Virus record (IMG/VR): IMGVR_UViG_3300023049_000387
Coordinates: 58,803-78,802 of that record
Source: an uncultured virus (IMG/VR IMGVR_UViG_3300023049_000387)
Taxonomy: Duplodnaviria; Heunggongvirae; Uroviricota; Caudoviricetes
Reading direction: 5' to 3' (one strand)
DNA length: 20,000 bases
The first letter of the stretch is position 1. Each line of letters opens with the position of its first letter. The position numbers were made by a program, and so were the translations under genes. The notes beneath the pieces were generated by a model, which was given only the letters and a program-made list of their open reading frames with translations, did not search any database and was not told the origin of the DNA. Shown in pieces: positions 8,496-16,415 of the stretch.

Positions 8496-9638
8496 TTATT
8501 TTTGAGTGTTCTTTCTTTCAATCAATTGAAGGGTTTCTTTGAAATTAAGTAAGAAGCTCTTTACTTTAGAATTTCCAACATCTTGACATTCGTCCAAAAT
8601 ATAAAGTAAGTATGCTGTTTGCTCATCAGCCTGTACTGTTCTGATGAATTTTTCAACGTTAATGATTTGTTTCTTAGTCAAATCTTCTAGCTTAAACTCT
8701 TTTAACTCGTTGATAAGTTCAGAGTTTTTATCTCTATTGTATTTTTCTAAATCTTTCTTAACACCGTCATAGTTGTTAAGTACATCTATGATAGAGACAT
8801 TTAACATGTCTTCACAGTATTGTAAAAATTTAAGAGCAGTGCTTCCTAAGTATCCAACTGCAACTTCTCTTAGAAGTGGTAGAAACTCTTTAGGTGATGC
8901 ATCTTCACCAAAATTACAAATAATAAGTTCCGAAAGCATTGTCCATGAACGTGGTGTTGCATATGCTTTAGGACCATTATCAGTTGATGGTTGATACATT
9001 TTCTCTGGATGTGCTTTGATATAAGACACAATTAGTGTGTGTACATTTTCATCTGCAAAGTCGGTAATCCACTCATTTGTACTAAGTGTGTGAGAGATAT
9101 GGACTAGTCGATTATTAAGTGCAGAATCAAGTTCTTCAACATCAGTACCATCTTCGTCTCCTAAGTTACCTGATGCCATCATAATGACATTGTCATTGAA
9201 CTCAAAGTCACCAATTTCTCTTTCTAACAGAATTTGCAAAGCTGCGTTTCTAACAAATAAAGGAGCTCTGTTAAGTTCTTCGAAATGGATAAGAGTTGGT
9301 TGTTGGTTTGCATCATAAGCCCATTGTGGAACTGCAAATCCAGAAACTTTAATATCATCCCCATCATAATTTGCATCTCTTAGGTAGGGGAATTTAAAGT
9401 CTGATTCATCATTCATACTCAATCTCATATCAACATACTTGAAGTTCATCTTATTTGCGATTGAGCGACCTATTGCTGATTTTGCAACACCTGGCTTTGA
9501 AGTGATAAAAAGAACTCCATACTTTGCCCACATAACTGAGAAATACTTTCTTTCTTTCTTAGTAAGTGTTTTAACATACTCTTTCATTTCAGGGGAAAGT
9601 TGTTTAACTCTTTTTGTTGTTTCCATTGTTTGTGACAT
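8496..9638 (-). CDS. MoxR-like AAA+ ATPase
   Basis: Walker A-like SKPGVAKS, DMRLS, Walker B-like HFEELNRA, sensor ASGN, ALNNR arginine finger, TPRSW. Confidence 0.85.
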   Translation of the reverse strand: MSQTMETTKRVKQLSPEMKEYVKTLTKKERKYFSVMWAKYGVLFITSKPGVAKSAIGRSIANKMNFKYVDMRLSMNDESDFKFPYLRDANYDGDDIKVSGFAVPQWAYDANQQPTLIHFEELNRAPLFVRNAALQILLEREIGDFEFNDNVIMMASGNLGDEDGTDVEELDSALNNRLVHISHTLSTNEWITDFADENVHTLIVSYIKAHPEKMYQPSTDNGPKAYATPRSWTMLSELIICNFGEDASPKEFLPLLREVAVGYLGSTALKFLQYCEDMLNVSIIDVLNNYDGVKKDLEKYNRDKNSELINELKEFKLEDLTKKQIINVEKFIRTVQADEQTAYLLYILDECQDVGNSKVKSFLLNFKETLQLIERKNTQK

Positions 9639-9684
9639 GATAATTAAATTTAGATTTTAGTTTTTATTAAGTTATTTACTGATG

Positions 9685-9714
9685 CAAATATATAACAAAT
9701 AAATGGTTTACAAA
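9685..9714 (-). promoter_or_regulatory. Bacteroidota-type promoter TTTG-N18-TATATTTG
   Basis: TTTG at 9714..9711 and TATATTTG at 9692..9685, upstream of the AAA gene. Confidence 0.7.
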
Positions 9715-9873
9715 GCATTTATTTTATTTTTTTATTTTTTTATTTATAATTTCCACCAAAATAAAAACATTTAGATAAGTCATTATACACATAGTAACTA
9801 ATCATATTACAAGAGAGACAAGACATTTACACACCTTTCAATTTTTTTTCTATAAACCCAAAAATACTCTAGA

Positions 9874-11469
9874 TTACTTACAGCTTTTTATTATTTCTTC
9901 ACACAACTCCATTGGTATTTTTGATCTATTATAACTACCCTTTCTACCTTGTGTTCCCGTTTTCGCTCCACGTCTTGCACTTTCATGGTGACAATGTCTA
10001 TCAATTACCTCACCAGTTTTCTTATCATATTTAAAGTTTCTACACATTGGCTTAGGTAGCCACTTTTCAGAGTTTGTCCAAATATCTGTTGGTTTTGCTC
10101 TATCGTCACCATATTGGCAATTGTGCGTCAGTATACCCCCATCTAGCACAAAAGTCTCGTAACCTTCAACTTCCGCACAGAATACCTTCTCATATCTATT
10201 GGTACTTTCTACCGAATGCACTGTCCAACCGCCTTCTGTATCAGGAACAGAAAAATTATCCTTATGGTGAGATAAAAGAATCATATATATAGGCAGAGTA
10301 GACCTTACAAAATTTAAGGTATATAGTTTTCTTTTTTTACCGAAACCTACTCTGTTTATTTCATTAGTAAAATAAGTGCCTATGCCAATTGTTTGGCACA
10401 ATTGTCTTACTTTTTCTAAGTCCTCTCCTTTTGCACTGCTCAAAACTACTTGACCATTCTTACCCACTGTGCCATCCGCGGCTAAATATCCTGCCAACCA
10501 ACCTGCGATATGGTTAGGTGTGTGTTCGGAAGTATTTGGAATATCTTTTTTCCACCCAAAAGGTAGTCCTGCTATGTTTAAGTGTCCTTTATTATATCTT
10601 CTACTTCTACCTAAACCATCAAAGTATTTTATCATTTCCTCATCCTTAGTTCCGCAGAATTGAGCTACAGAGTCATAAGGTTTTCCACTAGTTAAGTAAT
10701 TGTTCCAACCATCTCCGTACACAAAACCTTTTCTTATACCTTCCTCATCTATTCCGTCAAACTCTTGTTTAGCTCTTACTTGGGGTATTCTATCTTTTCT
10801 TTTTAAGTCTTTTGTATTTAATATCACTTCTCTCCCGCTCGTCATCCTAACTATCCACTTATGGTTAGGAGTGGCATGTATCACATGTTCTGCCCCACTT
10901 CTTTTCAAGGTAATTTTCATAAGCTCTTGTAATCCATATGATTGTATGGGTGCTTTTTTCCACGAACCGTCTCTCATTAAAAGTTCAGGGGAGTTTCCTT
11001 CTAAATCTTTTATTTCAAAAGTTCCTTCTTTTGTTATAACTTTTGTTTCTCTTGCTAAACAATACCAGACGGTGTGTCTTTTAAAACCTTGCATCCATTT
11101 CATATGTCTTAACATGCCCCGTGGATTCTCAATAAAAAAAACAAGATTTGGATTCACAACTGACCATTCTTTTATTAGACCAATCCAGTGCTGATTAACC
11201 ATATCACACTTTTTAGCATATTCACTCTTTGGACTTTTATCAGCATTTCGGTGTGTGCTACAAGCAGCTATCGAATAACTTGTACAATCGGGCGAACTCC
11301 AAATAACATCGGGTATAAATGGTATATCTTTTTTTTCTAATTCACCTATATCTATGATTAAGTCTATATTTTCATAATCTGTCCAATCAACACTAAACAC
11401 GTTTAGTCCATATTTTTCAGCAGCATTTCCAATACTCCTTGAGCCAGCAAATAATTCTAATAAATTCAT
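9874..11469 (-). CDS. DNA (cytosine-5) methyltransferase, intein-containing (217 aa after splicing)
   Basis: Motif I LELFAGS, motif IV SPDC, motif VI IENP, motif VIII region CQYG..R.KPT interrupted by an intein. Confidence 0.85.
   Translation of the reverse strand: MNLLELFAGSRSIGNAAEKYGLNVFSVDWTDYENIDLIIDIGELEKKDIPFIPDVIWSSPDCTSYSIAACSTHRNADKSPKSEYAKKCDMVNQHWIGLIKEWSVVNPNLVFFIENPRGMLRHMKWMQGFKRHTVWYCLARETKVITKEGTFEIKDLEGNSPELLMRDGSWKKAPIQSYGLQELMKITLKRSGAEHVIHATPNHKWIVRMTSGREVILNTKDLKRKDRIPQVRAKQEFDGIDEEGIRKGFVYGDGWNNYLTSGKPYDSVAQFCGTKDEEMIKYFDGLGRSRRYNKGHLNIAGLPFGWKKDIPNTSEHTPNHIAGWLAGYLAADGTVGKNGQVVLSSAKGEDLEKVRQLCQTIGIGTYFTNEINRVGFGKKRKLYTLNFVRSTLPIYMILLSHHKDNFSVPDTEGGWTVHSVESTNRYEKVFCAEVEGYETFVLDGGILTHNCQYGDDRAKPTDIWTNSEKWLPKPMCRNFKYDKKTGEVIDRHCHHESARRGAKTGTQGRKGSYNRSKIPMELCEEIIKSCK
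10120..11061 (-). mobile_element. Intein (314 aa) with LAGLIDADG homing endonuclease
   Basis: Starts CLARETKVIT, block B ATPNHKW, LAGLIDADG blocks GFVYGDG and LAGYLAADG, ends GILTHN followed by Cys+1. Confidence 0.92.
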
Positions 11470-11485
11470 ATATAATATTTATCTG

Positions 11486-11512
11486 TTATATATGATATTT
11501 TCATTTAGTTTA
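11486..11512 (-). promoter_or_regulatory. Putative phage promoter TAAAC-N17-TATAA
   Basis: Recurrent motif upstream of the C5-MTase start. Confidence 0.5.
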
Positions 11513-11855
11513 TATCAAAAATATTATCATTATATAACTCACAAGTTTTAGGCATAGGATTATTTTCTTTTGATGATGTCTCTAACCAGTTTTCTTTATA
11601 CTCAACTTTTGGTGGATATAGAAAGATATCTAACTTATTACAATAGAGTATATCTACATCTCTTTGTTGTTCCCCATTAAAATTATCATAATATATTGTT
11701 TCAGTAGTTTTTGTTAAATGGTTACATTTAAAGCAAGGTCTGTCATTATATGGGTTTTTAGCACAGACTCTTTCGTGTAATAAGCAATACTTAGATATTT
11801 GGTATAATTTATTACAAAACTCACACTTATATATCTCTTTAGTCTCTACTTTCAT
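11505..11855 (-). CDS. Cys/His-rich putative zinc-binding protein
   Basis: CEFC...C..HE..C and CFKCNH...C...C patterns. Confidence 0.7.
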   Translation of the reverse strand: MKVETKEIYKCEFCNKLYQISKYCLLHERVCAKNPYNDRPCFKCNHLTKTTETIYYDNFNGEQQRDVDILYCNKLDIFLYPPKVEYKENWLETSSKENNPMPKTCELYNDNIFDIN

Positions 11856-12301
11856 TTAATTACTTTTATATTAATTCTTCTTTCATCCATGGTTGAATCA
11901 ACTCTTGATGTTTTTCTTATTGCATTTCTATGTATTATTGCATCTCTGTAAGATAAGTTTCGCTTTAGTACATTATGTTTATTCTTACTAAGGTCATATA
12001 CTACATTGTACTTGCGTTCTGTATTTACTTTACTAACAGACTTTACTGGTTTTGGGATTGGATTCTTTTTCTTTATTTCACTACTTAATACAAAGCTATC
12101 CTCGGTATTTCTAAAATCCATATCTATTTCATCTCTATCATCACAAGTGTATAAATATTCAAATCCTTTCTTATCTATATACACTACATTATATTGTTCA
12201 CCAAAAGGTCTGATTGACTTTATATAAACTAAAGTATCATTGAAATAACCAAAGTCTTTTTCATATATACCACTGTTGAACATTTCGAATTTTTTTATCA
12301 T
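11852..12301 (-). CDS. Hypothetical protein with KKFEMF leader
   Basis: 149-aa ORF; TAATATATA box at 12314..12306 directly upstream. Confidence 0.7.
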   Translation of the reverse strand: MIKKFEMFNSGIYEKDFGYFNDTLVYIKSIRPFGEQYNVVYIDKKGFEYLYTCDDRDEIDMDFRNTEDSFVLSSEIKKKNPIPKPVKSVSKVNTERKYNVVYDLSKNKHNVLKRNLSYRDAIIHRNAIRKTSRVDSTMDERRINIKVIK

Positions 12302-12313
12302 ATAGTATATATT

Positions 12314-12344
12314 AAAAAAACCTATGAGTATATCATAGGTTTTT
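12314..12344 (-). terminator. Intrinsic terminator directly after the tRNA
   Basis: Stem AAAAACCTATGA/TCATAGGTTTTT (12316-12327/12333-12344), 5-nt loop, U-tract. Confidence 0.75.
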
Positions 12345-12347
12345 ATG

Positions 12348-12421
12348 TGGTCCCACTTGGGTTCGAACCAAGGACCCCTTGATTATGAGTCAAGTGCTCT
12401 AACCAGCTGAGCTATGGGACC
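12348..12421 (-). tRNA. tRNA with CAT anticodon, probably tRNA-Ile2 (lysidine); CCA not encoded
   Basis: GGTCCCA TAGCTCAGCTGGTTAGAGC A CTTGA CT CAT AA TCAAG GGGTC CTTGG TTCGAAC CCAAG TGGGACC A. G1-C72 is paired (not an initiator); C4:G69 and C5:G68 as in Ile2. Confidence 0.92.
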
Positions 12422-12444
12422 ATTTTTTATAATATTTCGATAGG

Positions 12445-12474
12445 CAAATATACGATAAACATTTGAATATCCAA
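12445..12474 (-). promoter_or_regulatory. Bacteroidota-type promoter TTG-N19-TATATTTG driving the tRNA
   Basis: TTG at 12474..12472 and TATATTTG at 12452..12445. Confidence 0.72.
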
Positions 12475-12479
12475 TAATA

Positions 12480-12647
12480 TTATTTAATTTTTTTACTAGA
12501 ATTACCACCAAATAAATTACTACACATATTATTAAATTCAGTTGTTCCAAAAAGGGGCATCCCGTTACTATCTAACATATCGTTGAGGTCAGATACAAAA
12601 TCACTAGACTTTTCGCTTTTTTCGTGATTGTTGTTTTTATTTTCCAT
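12480..12647 (-). CDS. Small hypothetical protein (55 aa)
   Basis: Manual translation MENKNNNHEKSEKSSDFVSDLNDMLDSNGMPLFGTTEFNNMCSNLFGGNSSKKIK*; fills the gap after the 72-aa gene; not in the track. Confidence 0.55.
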   Translation of the reverse strand: MENKNNNHEKSEKSSDFVSDLNDMLDSNGMPLFGTTEFNNMCSNLFGGNSSKKIK

Positions 12648-12658
12648 GTTTTTATATA

Positions 12659-12877
12659 TTATTTATTTTTAGTAAACACCTCTTTCATATCGTTTATAGT
12701 TTTTTGAACTTTTCCACATCTATAATGATCTCTACTTTCGACCCACATTTTACCTCTTCCACTTCTGTTGCTCCAAGATGTTTTCATTTCTCTACAACAT
12801 TTAGAATATTTACCACACTCACAAGTAGTAGCTTTTCTGTTGGTATTTTTAAAAAATAGTCTTTTTAACCAATCCAT
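12659..12877 (-). CDS. Small basic Cys-containing hypothetical protein
   Basis: 72 aa with CECGK..KCC; TATATTTG box upstream at 12921..12914. Confidence 0.6.
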   Translation of the reverse strand: MDWLKRLFFKNTNRKATTCECGKYSKCCREMKTSWSNRSGRGKMWVESRDHYRCGKVQKTINDMKEVFTKNK

Positions 12878-12913
12878 AATTTATTAATCGTTATATCAAT
12901 CATATTAATAAGA

Positions 12914-12921
12914 CAAATATA
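12914..12921 (-). promoter_or_regulatory. Bacteroidota-type -7 box TATATTTG
   Basis: Exact box; TCG at the 19-nt-spaced -33 position. Confidence 0.55.
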
Positions 12922-12961
12922 TGTATAAATTATTTAATAACGAAGCATTAACTATAAATAA

Positions 12962-13558
12962 TTATGATTTTATGAAAGTTAGATTTTTCATAGACACTAC
13001 AGGTTTTACTGAATCAAACACCTTATCAATATCACCATACTCAGACAATTCATCAATAACACCCTTTTTAATAGAGTATGTTTTAACTAACTCAATTATT
13101 TTATCCTTGTCATCCACATCTATTTCGTCCGAATTTTGTATAAAGTCTGAAATCAATTTACCATACTTATCTACCATTTTTTGATTTAAAGAGTAGTTGT
13201 TATCCTCAAAAACTATATCTTCATCATAGGCTTTTCTAAGCTTTTTAGCACCAGCTTTAGTCACTTTTATATATCTATCACTAGGGACAAACATAATGTT
13301 AGCTGAGTCACCATCTACATTTGATTCAAAGATTATAGTACCTGGATTCTCTTCTTCGCCTTTATATAACTCTAACCATTTTGATAAGACTACACTTTTT
13401 ATCTTAGCTGAAATTTCAGTTGAATCTTTCTTAAGTTCATTTAAATCAGAATTTGTATTATATAAATCTTTTAAGTCATCAAAAAACTTAGAATCATTTA
13501 TATTAACTCTTCTTATTTCCTTTTTATCTTTTACAATATTTACTAAACTATCTCCCAT
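12962..13558 (-). CDS. Hypothetical protein
   Basis: 198-aa ORF; its 5' region is duplicated upstream of the amino-MTase. Confidence 0.8.
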   Translation of the reverse strand: MGDSLVNIVKDKKEIRRVNINDSKFFDDLKDLYNTNSDLNELKKDSTEISAKIKSVVLSKWLELYKGEEENPGTIIFESNVDGDSANIMFVPSDRYIKVTKAGAKKLRKAYDEDIVFEDNNYSLNQKMVDKYGKLISDFIQNSDEIDVDDKDKIIELVKTYSIKKGVIDELSEYGDIDKVFDSVKPVVSMKNLTFIKS

Positions 13559-13626
13559 AATATATATTTTATTATTATATAGTTAATGGCTATTAAAGTT
13601 TAATTTATTTTATTAAAAATTAGTTT
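13556..13626. repeat. 71-bp direct repeat, copy 1 (start codon, 5' UTR, TAAAC-N18-TATAA promoter, orphan KLIFNKIN* codons)
   Basis: 68/71 identical to 14403-14473. Confidence 0.93.
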
Positions 13627-13640
13627 TGTTAAACACAACG

Positions 13641-14405
13641 CTATTTAAATAGCCTGTATATATCATTTTTACTAATATTAGGACTACTTTGGTGATTCTT
13701 GAAGTTATCCCAGTCATGGTTTAGGATAGTATCTTTAACATACTCTAGGTTAGTTTTATCAAAAACTACAACTTTATATTCATCCCCATATCTTTTACCA
13801 CCTTCGTATATTTCTTTCCCAACACTCCCACGTTTACAAAACATAAAATCGGGTGTTGTGTTTTCAAAATTATCTCTATTAGTTCTATGTAAGCTAAATA
13901 GATCGCTTTTTAGATTTGGCTTTTTATTTAATATACCATTTTCTGGTCTATGGTATAGATTAAAGCAACAACGAACTTCTATACCAGAGTATTGCATTTT
14001 ACCCAAATCAATACTTTTCACCAAATCAAATTCATATAAGCTATCTACATTATTTAATTGACTAATAGGTAATATAAATCCAATAACATCACACATTTTT
14101 ATAGAATGTTTAAAGAACTTCAATGCAAGGTTGTTTCTATTGCCAAAAGGAGGATTTCCTATAATTCCTCTACCGTGTTTATAAGGTAAATCAAGTTTTA
14201 AAAAATCTTGCTCTATTATGCTTTCATGCTCAGGTGCAATGTCATAAGAGATACAATTGTCTAATTTTAAGCTAAAGGCTCCATTTCCTGCACTTGGCTC
14301 AATAAGTTCAGTAACTTCTTTAAACATTTCCCAGAATTCATAAATACACAAATCAACAATATGTGATGGTGTATAAAACTTGTCTAAATCTATCTTCTCA
14401 CTCAT
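13641..14405 (-). CDS. SAM-dependent amino (probably N6-adenine) DNA methyltransferase, orphan
   Basis: DKFYTP (motif X), IEPSAGNGAF (motif I), IGNPPFG (motif IV) in gamma-class order. Confidence 0.85.
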   Translation of the reverse strand: MSEKIDLDKFYTPSHIVDLCIYEFWEMFKEVTELIEPSAGNGAFSLKLDNCISYDIAPEHESIIEQDFLKLDLPYKHGRGIIGNPPFGNRNNLALKFFKHSIKMCDVIGFILPISQLNNVDSLYEFDLVKSIDLGKMQYSGIEVRCCFNLYHRPENGILNKKPNLKSDLFSLHRTNRDNFENTTPDFMFCKRGSVGKEIYEGGKRYGDEYKVVVFDKTNLEYVKDTILNHDWDNFKNHQSSPNISKNDIYRLFK

Positions 14406-14473
14406 AATATATATTTTAAAATTATATAGTTAATGGCTATTAAAGTTTAGTTTATTTTATTAAAAATTAGTTT
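14403..14473. repeat. 71-bp direct repeat, copy 2
   Basis: Covers the MTase ATG, the promoter and the last 8 codons plus stop of the MmcB-like gene. Confidence 0.93.
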
Positions 14474-14956
14474 ACAGCTTAGATTATGTGCAACCTTTCT
14501 TATAAAAGGTTCTGTTGCTTTTATTTTATGAAGAAGTTTAGGTTTCTTTATCACATCAAATGATAAGTCTTCATTAAAGTATATAAGACCTGCGTAGTCT
14601 GGGACTTCCTCTACTGACACCAATCCAACTGGAACTACGTATGAAAAGTAATTAGCAGCATTATATTGGATAACACCTTTCTTTTTTCTTGTGAAGTTTT
14701 CGTTTATTATATGTTTATGTTTTTTCTTAGTGAAATCTTTTTTAAAATCGCCTCTACTAATCTTTATCTCATACTCATATATATAATTTGATTTAGATAT
14801 TGATAAAACATCGCATTCTTGAAGACCCATACCTTTAAACCTAGTTGTTATTGGGGAGTGTGATTTCTCATATAAGTACATAGATAATGCTCCCTCTAGA
14901 TTATTAGCCACAGAGTGATCTCTTTTTACCTTATCTCTTGAAGATTTTCTTCCCAA
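14447..14956 (-). CDS. PD-(D/E)XK nuclease-like protein (MmcB-like)
   Basis: ECDV...EYEIKISRGDFKKD...NYFSYVVP...EVPDYAGLI pattern; TTG start. Confidence 0.7.
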   Translation of the reverse strand: MGRKSSRDKVKRDHSVANNLEGALSMYLYEKSHSPITTRFKGMGLQECDVLSISKSNYIYEYEIKISRGDFKKDFTKKKHKHIINENFTRKKKGVIQYNAANYFSYVVPVGLVSVEEVPDYAGLIYFNEDLSFDVIKKPKLLHKIKATEPFIRKVAHNLSCKLIFNKIN

Positions 14957-14958
14957 AA

Positions 14959-15354
14959 TTATCTTAATTGATTTAGAACGAGTAAACTGTTATAAATCTC
15001 GGTTATACGACATTTTATTACACCCATTTGGTTTAGGTGATAAGAAGAAGCACCAGATTTATTTATAAGAGCAGTTATGTATATAGACTCACCACGTTTT
15101 ACTTTTTTATCACCAAGCTCTGCATTTATTATTATAGCTTCGCTTATATTTGGTGGTTTACTAGAAACATCTATGATATCTACTATTTCCCACTCCCCCT
15201 CAATTTCAGTATTCTTAACAGCTTTATCTACTTGGTCATCAAGTGATTCAATATCAGATGACATTCCTGTTTTCTTTTGATCTTTTTTTTCGAAATCGAA
15301 AGACTCTTTATCTTCTTTATCTTCTGATTCTGTTATTTGGCTAAATTTTTTCAT
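14959..15354 (-). CDS. Hypothetical protein, possibly virion-internal
   Basis: Leader MKKFSQITES; TTAATATATAA at 15368..15358. Confidence 0.75.
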   Translation of the reverse strand: MKKFSQITESEDKEDKESFDFEKKDQKKTGMSSDIESLDDQVDKAVKNTEIEGEWEIVDIIDVSSKPPNISEAIIINAELGDKKVKRGESIYITALINKSGASSYHLNQMGVIKCRITEIYNSLLVLNQLR

Positions 15355-15378
15355 ACATTATATATTAAATACACAATG

Positions 15379-15645
15379 CTAGTAATCGTCTTCAAAGAAA
15401 TCTTCATCGAAATAACTACCAGAATCCTCATCTTCTCTATCTAAATAAGGGAATACATCATTATCATCAAGTAATTTTATTAGGTTTTTAGTTTCAACAA
15501 TATCCAAATCAATATCATCTATTTCTATTATATCACCATCAAGAAAAAATTCTATTTTTCCTTCTTCCTCTAGTGTATCTAGCTTATTTAAAACTTTCTC
15601 TTTATTCTTTACCTCATCTAAGCTATAATACTTGAATATGTTCAT
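15379..15645 (-). CDS. Acidic hypothetical protein
   Basis: 88-aa D/E-rich ORF. Confidence 0.7.
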   Translation of the reverse strand: MNIFKYYSLDEVKNKEKVLNKLDTLEEEGKIEFFLDGDIIEIDDIDLDIVETKNLIKLLDDNDVFPYLDREDEDSGSYFDEDFFEDDY

Positions 15646-15660
15646 ATATTTAATCTTTTT

Positions 15661-16407
15661 TTATTTATAAGTTTGTTTGTTTATAAATTCTTTTATTTTT
15701 GTTTGAGACATTCTAACACAATCTTTATCAATAGTATATTGAGATACTATATATAATTCATCATTAACTAATCCAATACTTATAAAATATCCCTTATATT
15801 TGAATGTTATCAGAGTATTTGTCATATCAACTGGGATTAGTTCCTCATCTTTTTCTAAATCAAAATTGGATATTCTTTTTATGAAATTCCAATTCCCATC
15901 ATTATAGTATTCTTCTCCTATAAGTTTTAAAAATTTGCTAGTTTTATCTAAAACTTTATTTTTACTAACACCAAATACATCTTTATACTTGAAGCCTATA
16001 GTGATGTGGAAATCTATATCTTCTAACGAATATCTATTTCTAACAGCTTCTAGTTTATCTGAGTCACAAACAACAAAAAATGTTCTATTTTCATCCCTAC
16101 TTGCAGTACCAACACCGAGCATTTTTAAATCATCAATTGGATAGCTAAAAACCTTTTCTAAGGATTGTACAAATTTATCACCACCCATACTCTTAACTAG
16201 TTTACCATAGTCAATTGCATTTATAACATTAATATGGTATTCACCATTATCCCTATTATTCTTATATGAAGTATATTTAGAATAGTCATCCTCTGATAGA
16301 AATGATTTCATATCTTCTAGGAATTTGGTTAGATAACCACTAGGTATTTTTACACCTATATAATAATTTCCTAATGTGTCTTTAATATGTGTCAAATAAT
16401 GTGTCAT
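15661..16407 (-). CDS. 2H phosphoesterase (cyclic phosphodiesterase-like)
   Basis: Two His motifs, YHINV (variant) and FHITIGF, about 75 aa apart, with LG.G...TFFVV between them. Confidence 0.72.
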   Translation of the reverse strand: MTHYLTHIKDTLGNYYIGVKIPSGYLTKFLEDMKSFLSEDDYSKYTSYKNNRDNGEYHINVINAIDYGKLVKSMGGDKFVQSLEKVFSYPIDDLKMLGVGTASRDENRTFFVVCDSDKLEAVRNRYSLEDIDFHITIGFKYKDVFGVSKNKVLDKTSKFLKLIGEEYYNDGNWNFIKRISNFDLEKDEELIPVDMTNTLITFKYKGYFISIGLVNDELYIVSQYTIDKDCVRMSQTKIKEFINKQTYK

Positions 16408-16415
16408 TGTGTTTG

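Noticed and set aside
9720..9873. 28-aa minus-strand ORF MSCLSCNMISYYVYNDLSKCFYFGGNYK or an ncRNA in the largest intergenic gap
   Set aside because: Too short, with no motif or convincing secondary structure; cannot be supported
13641..14956. MTase plus adjacent PD-(D/E)XK gene as a type II restriction-modification pair
   Set aside because: The nuclease looks MmcB-like, and the repeats indicate the MTase was inserted independently downstream of it
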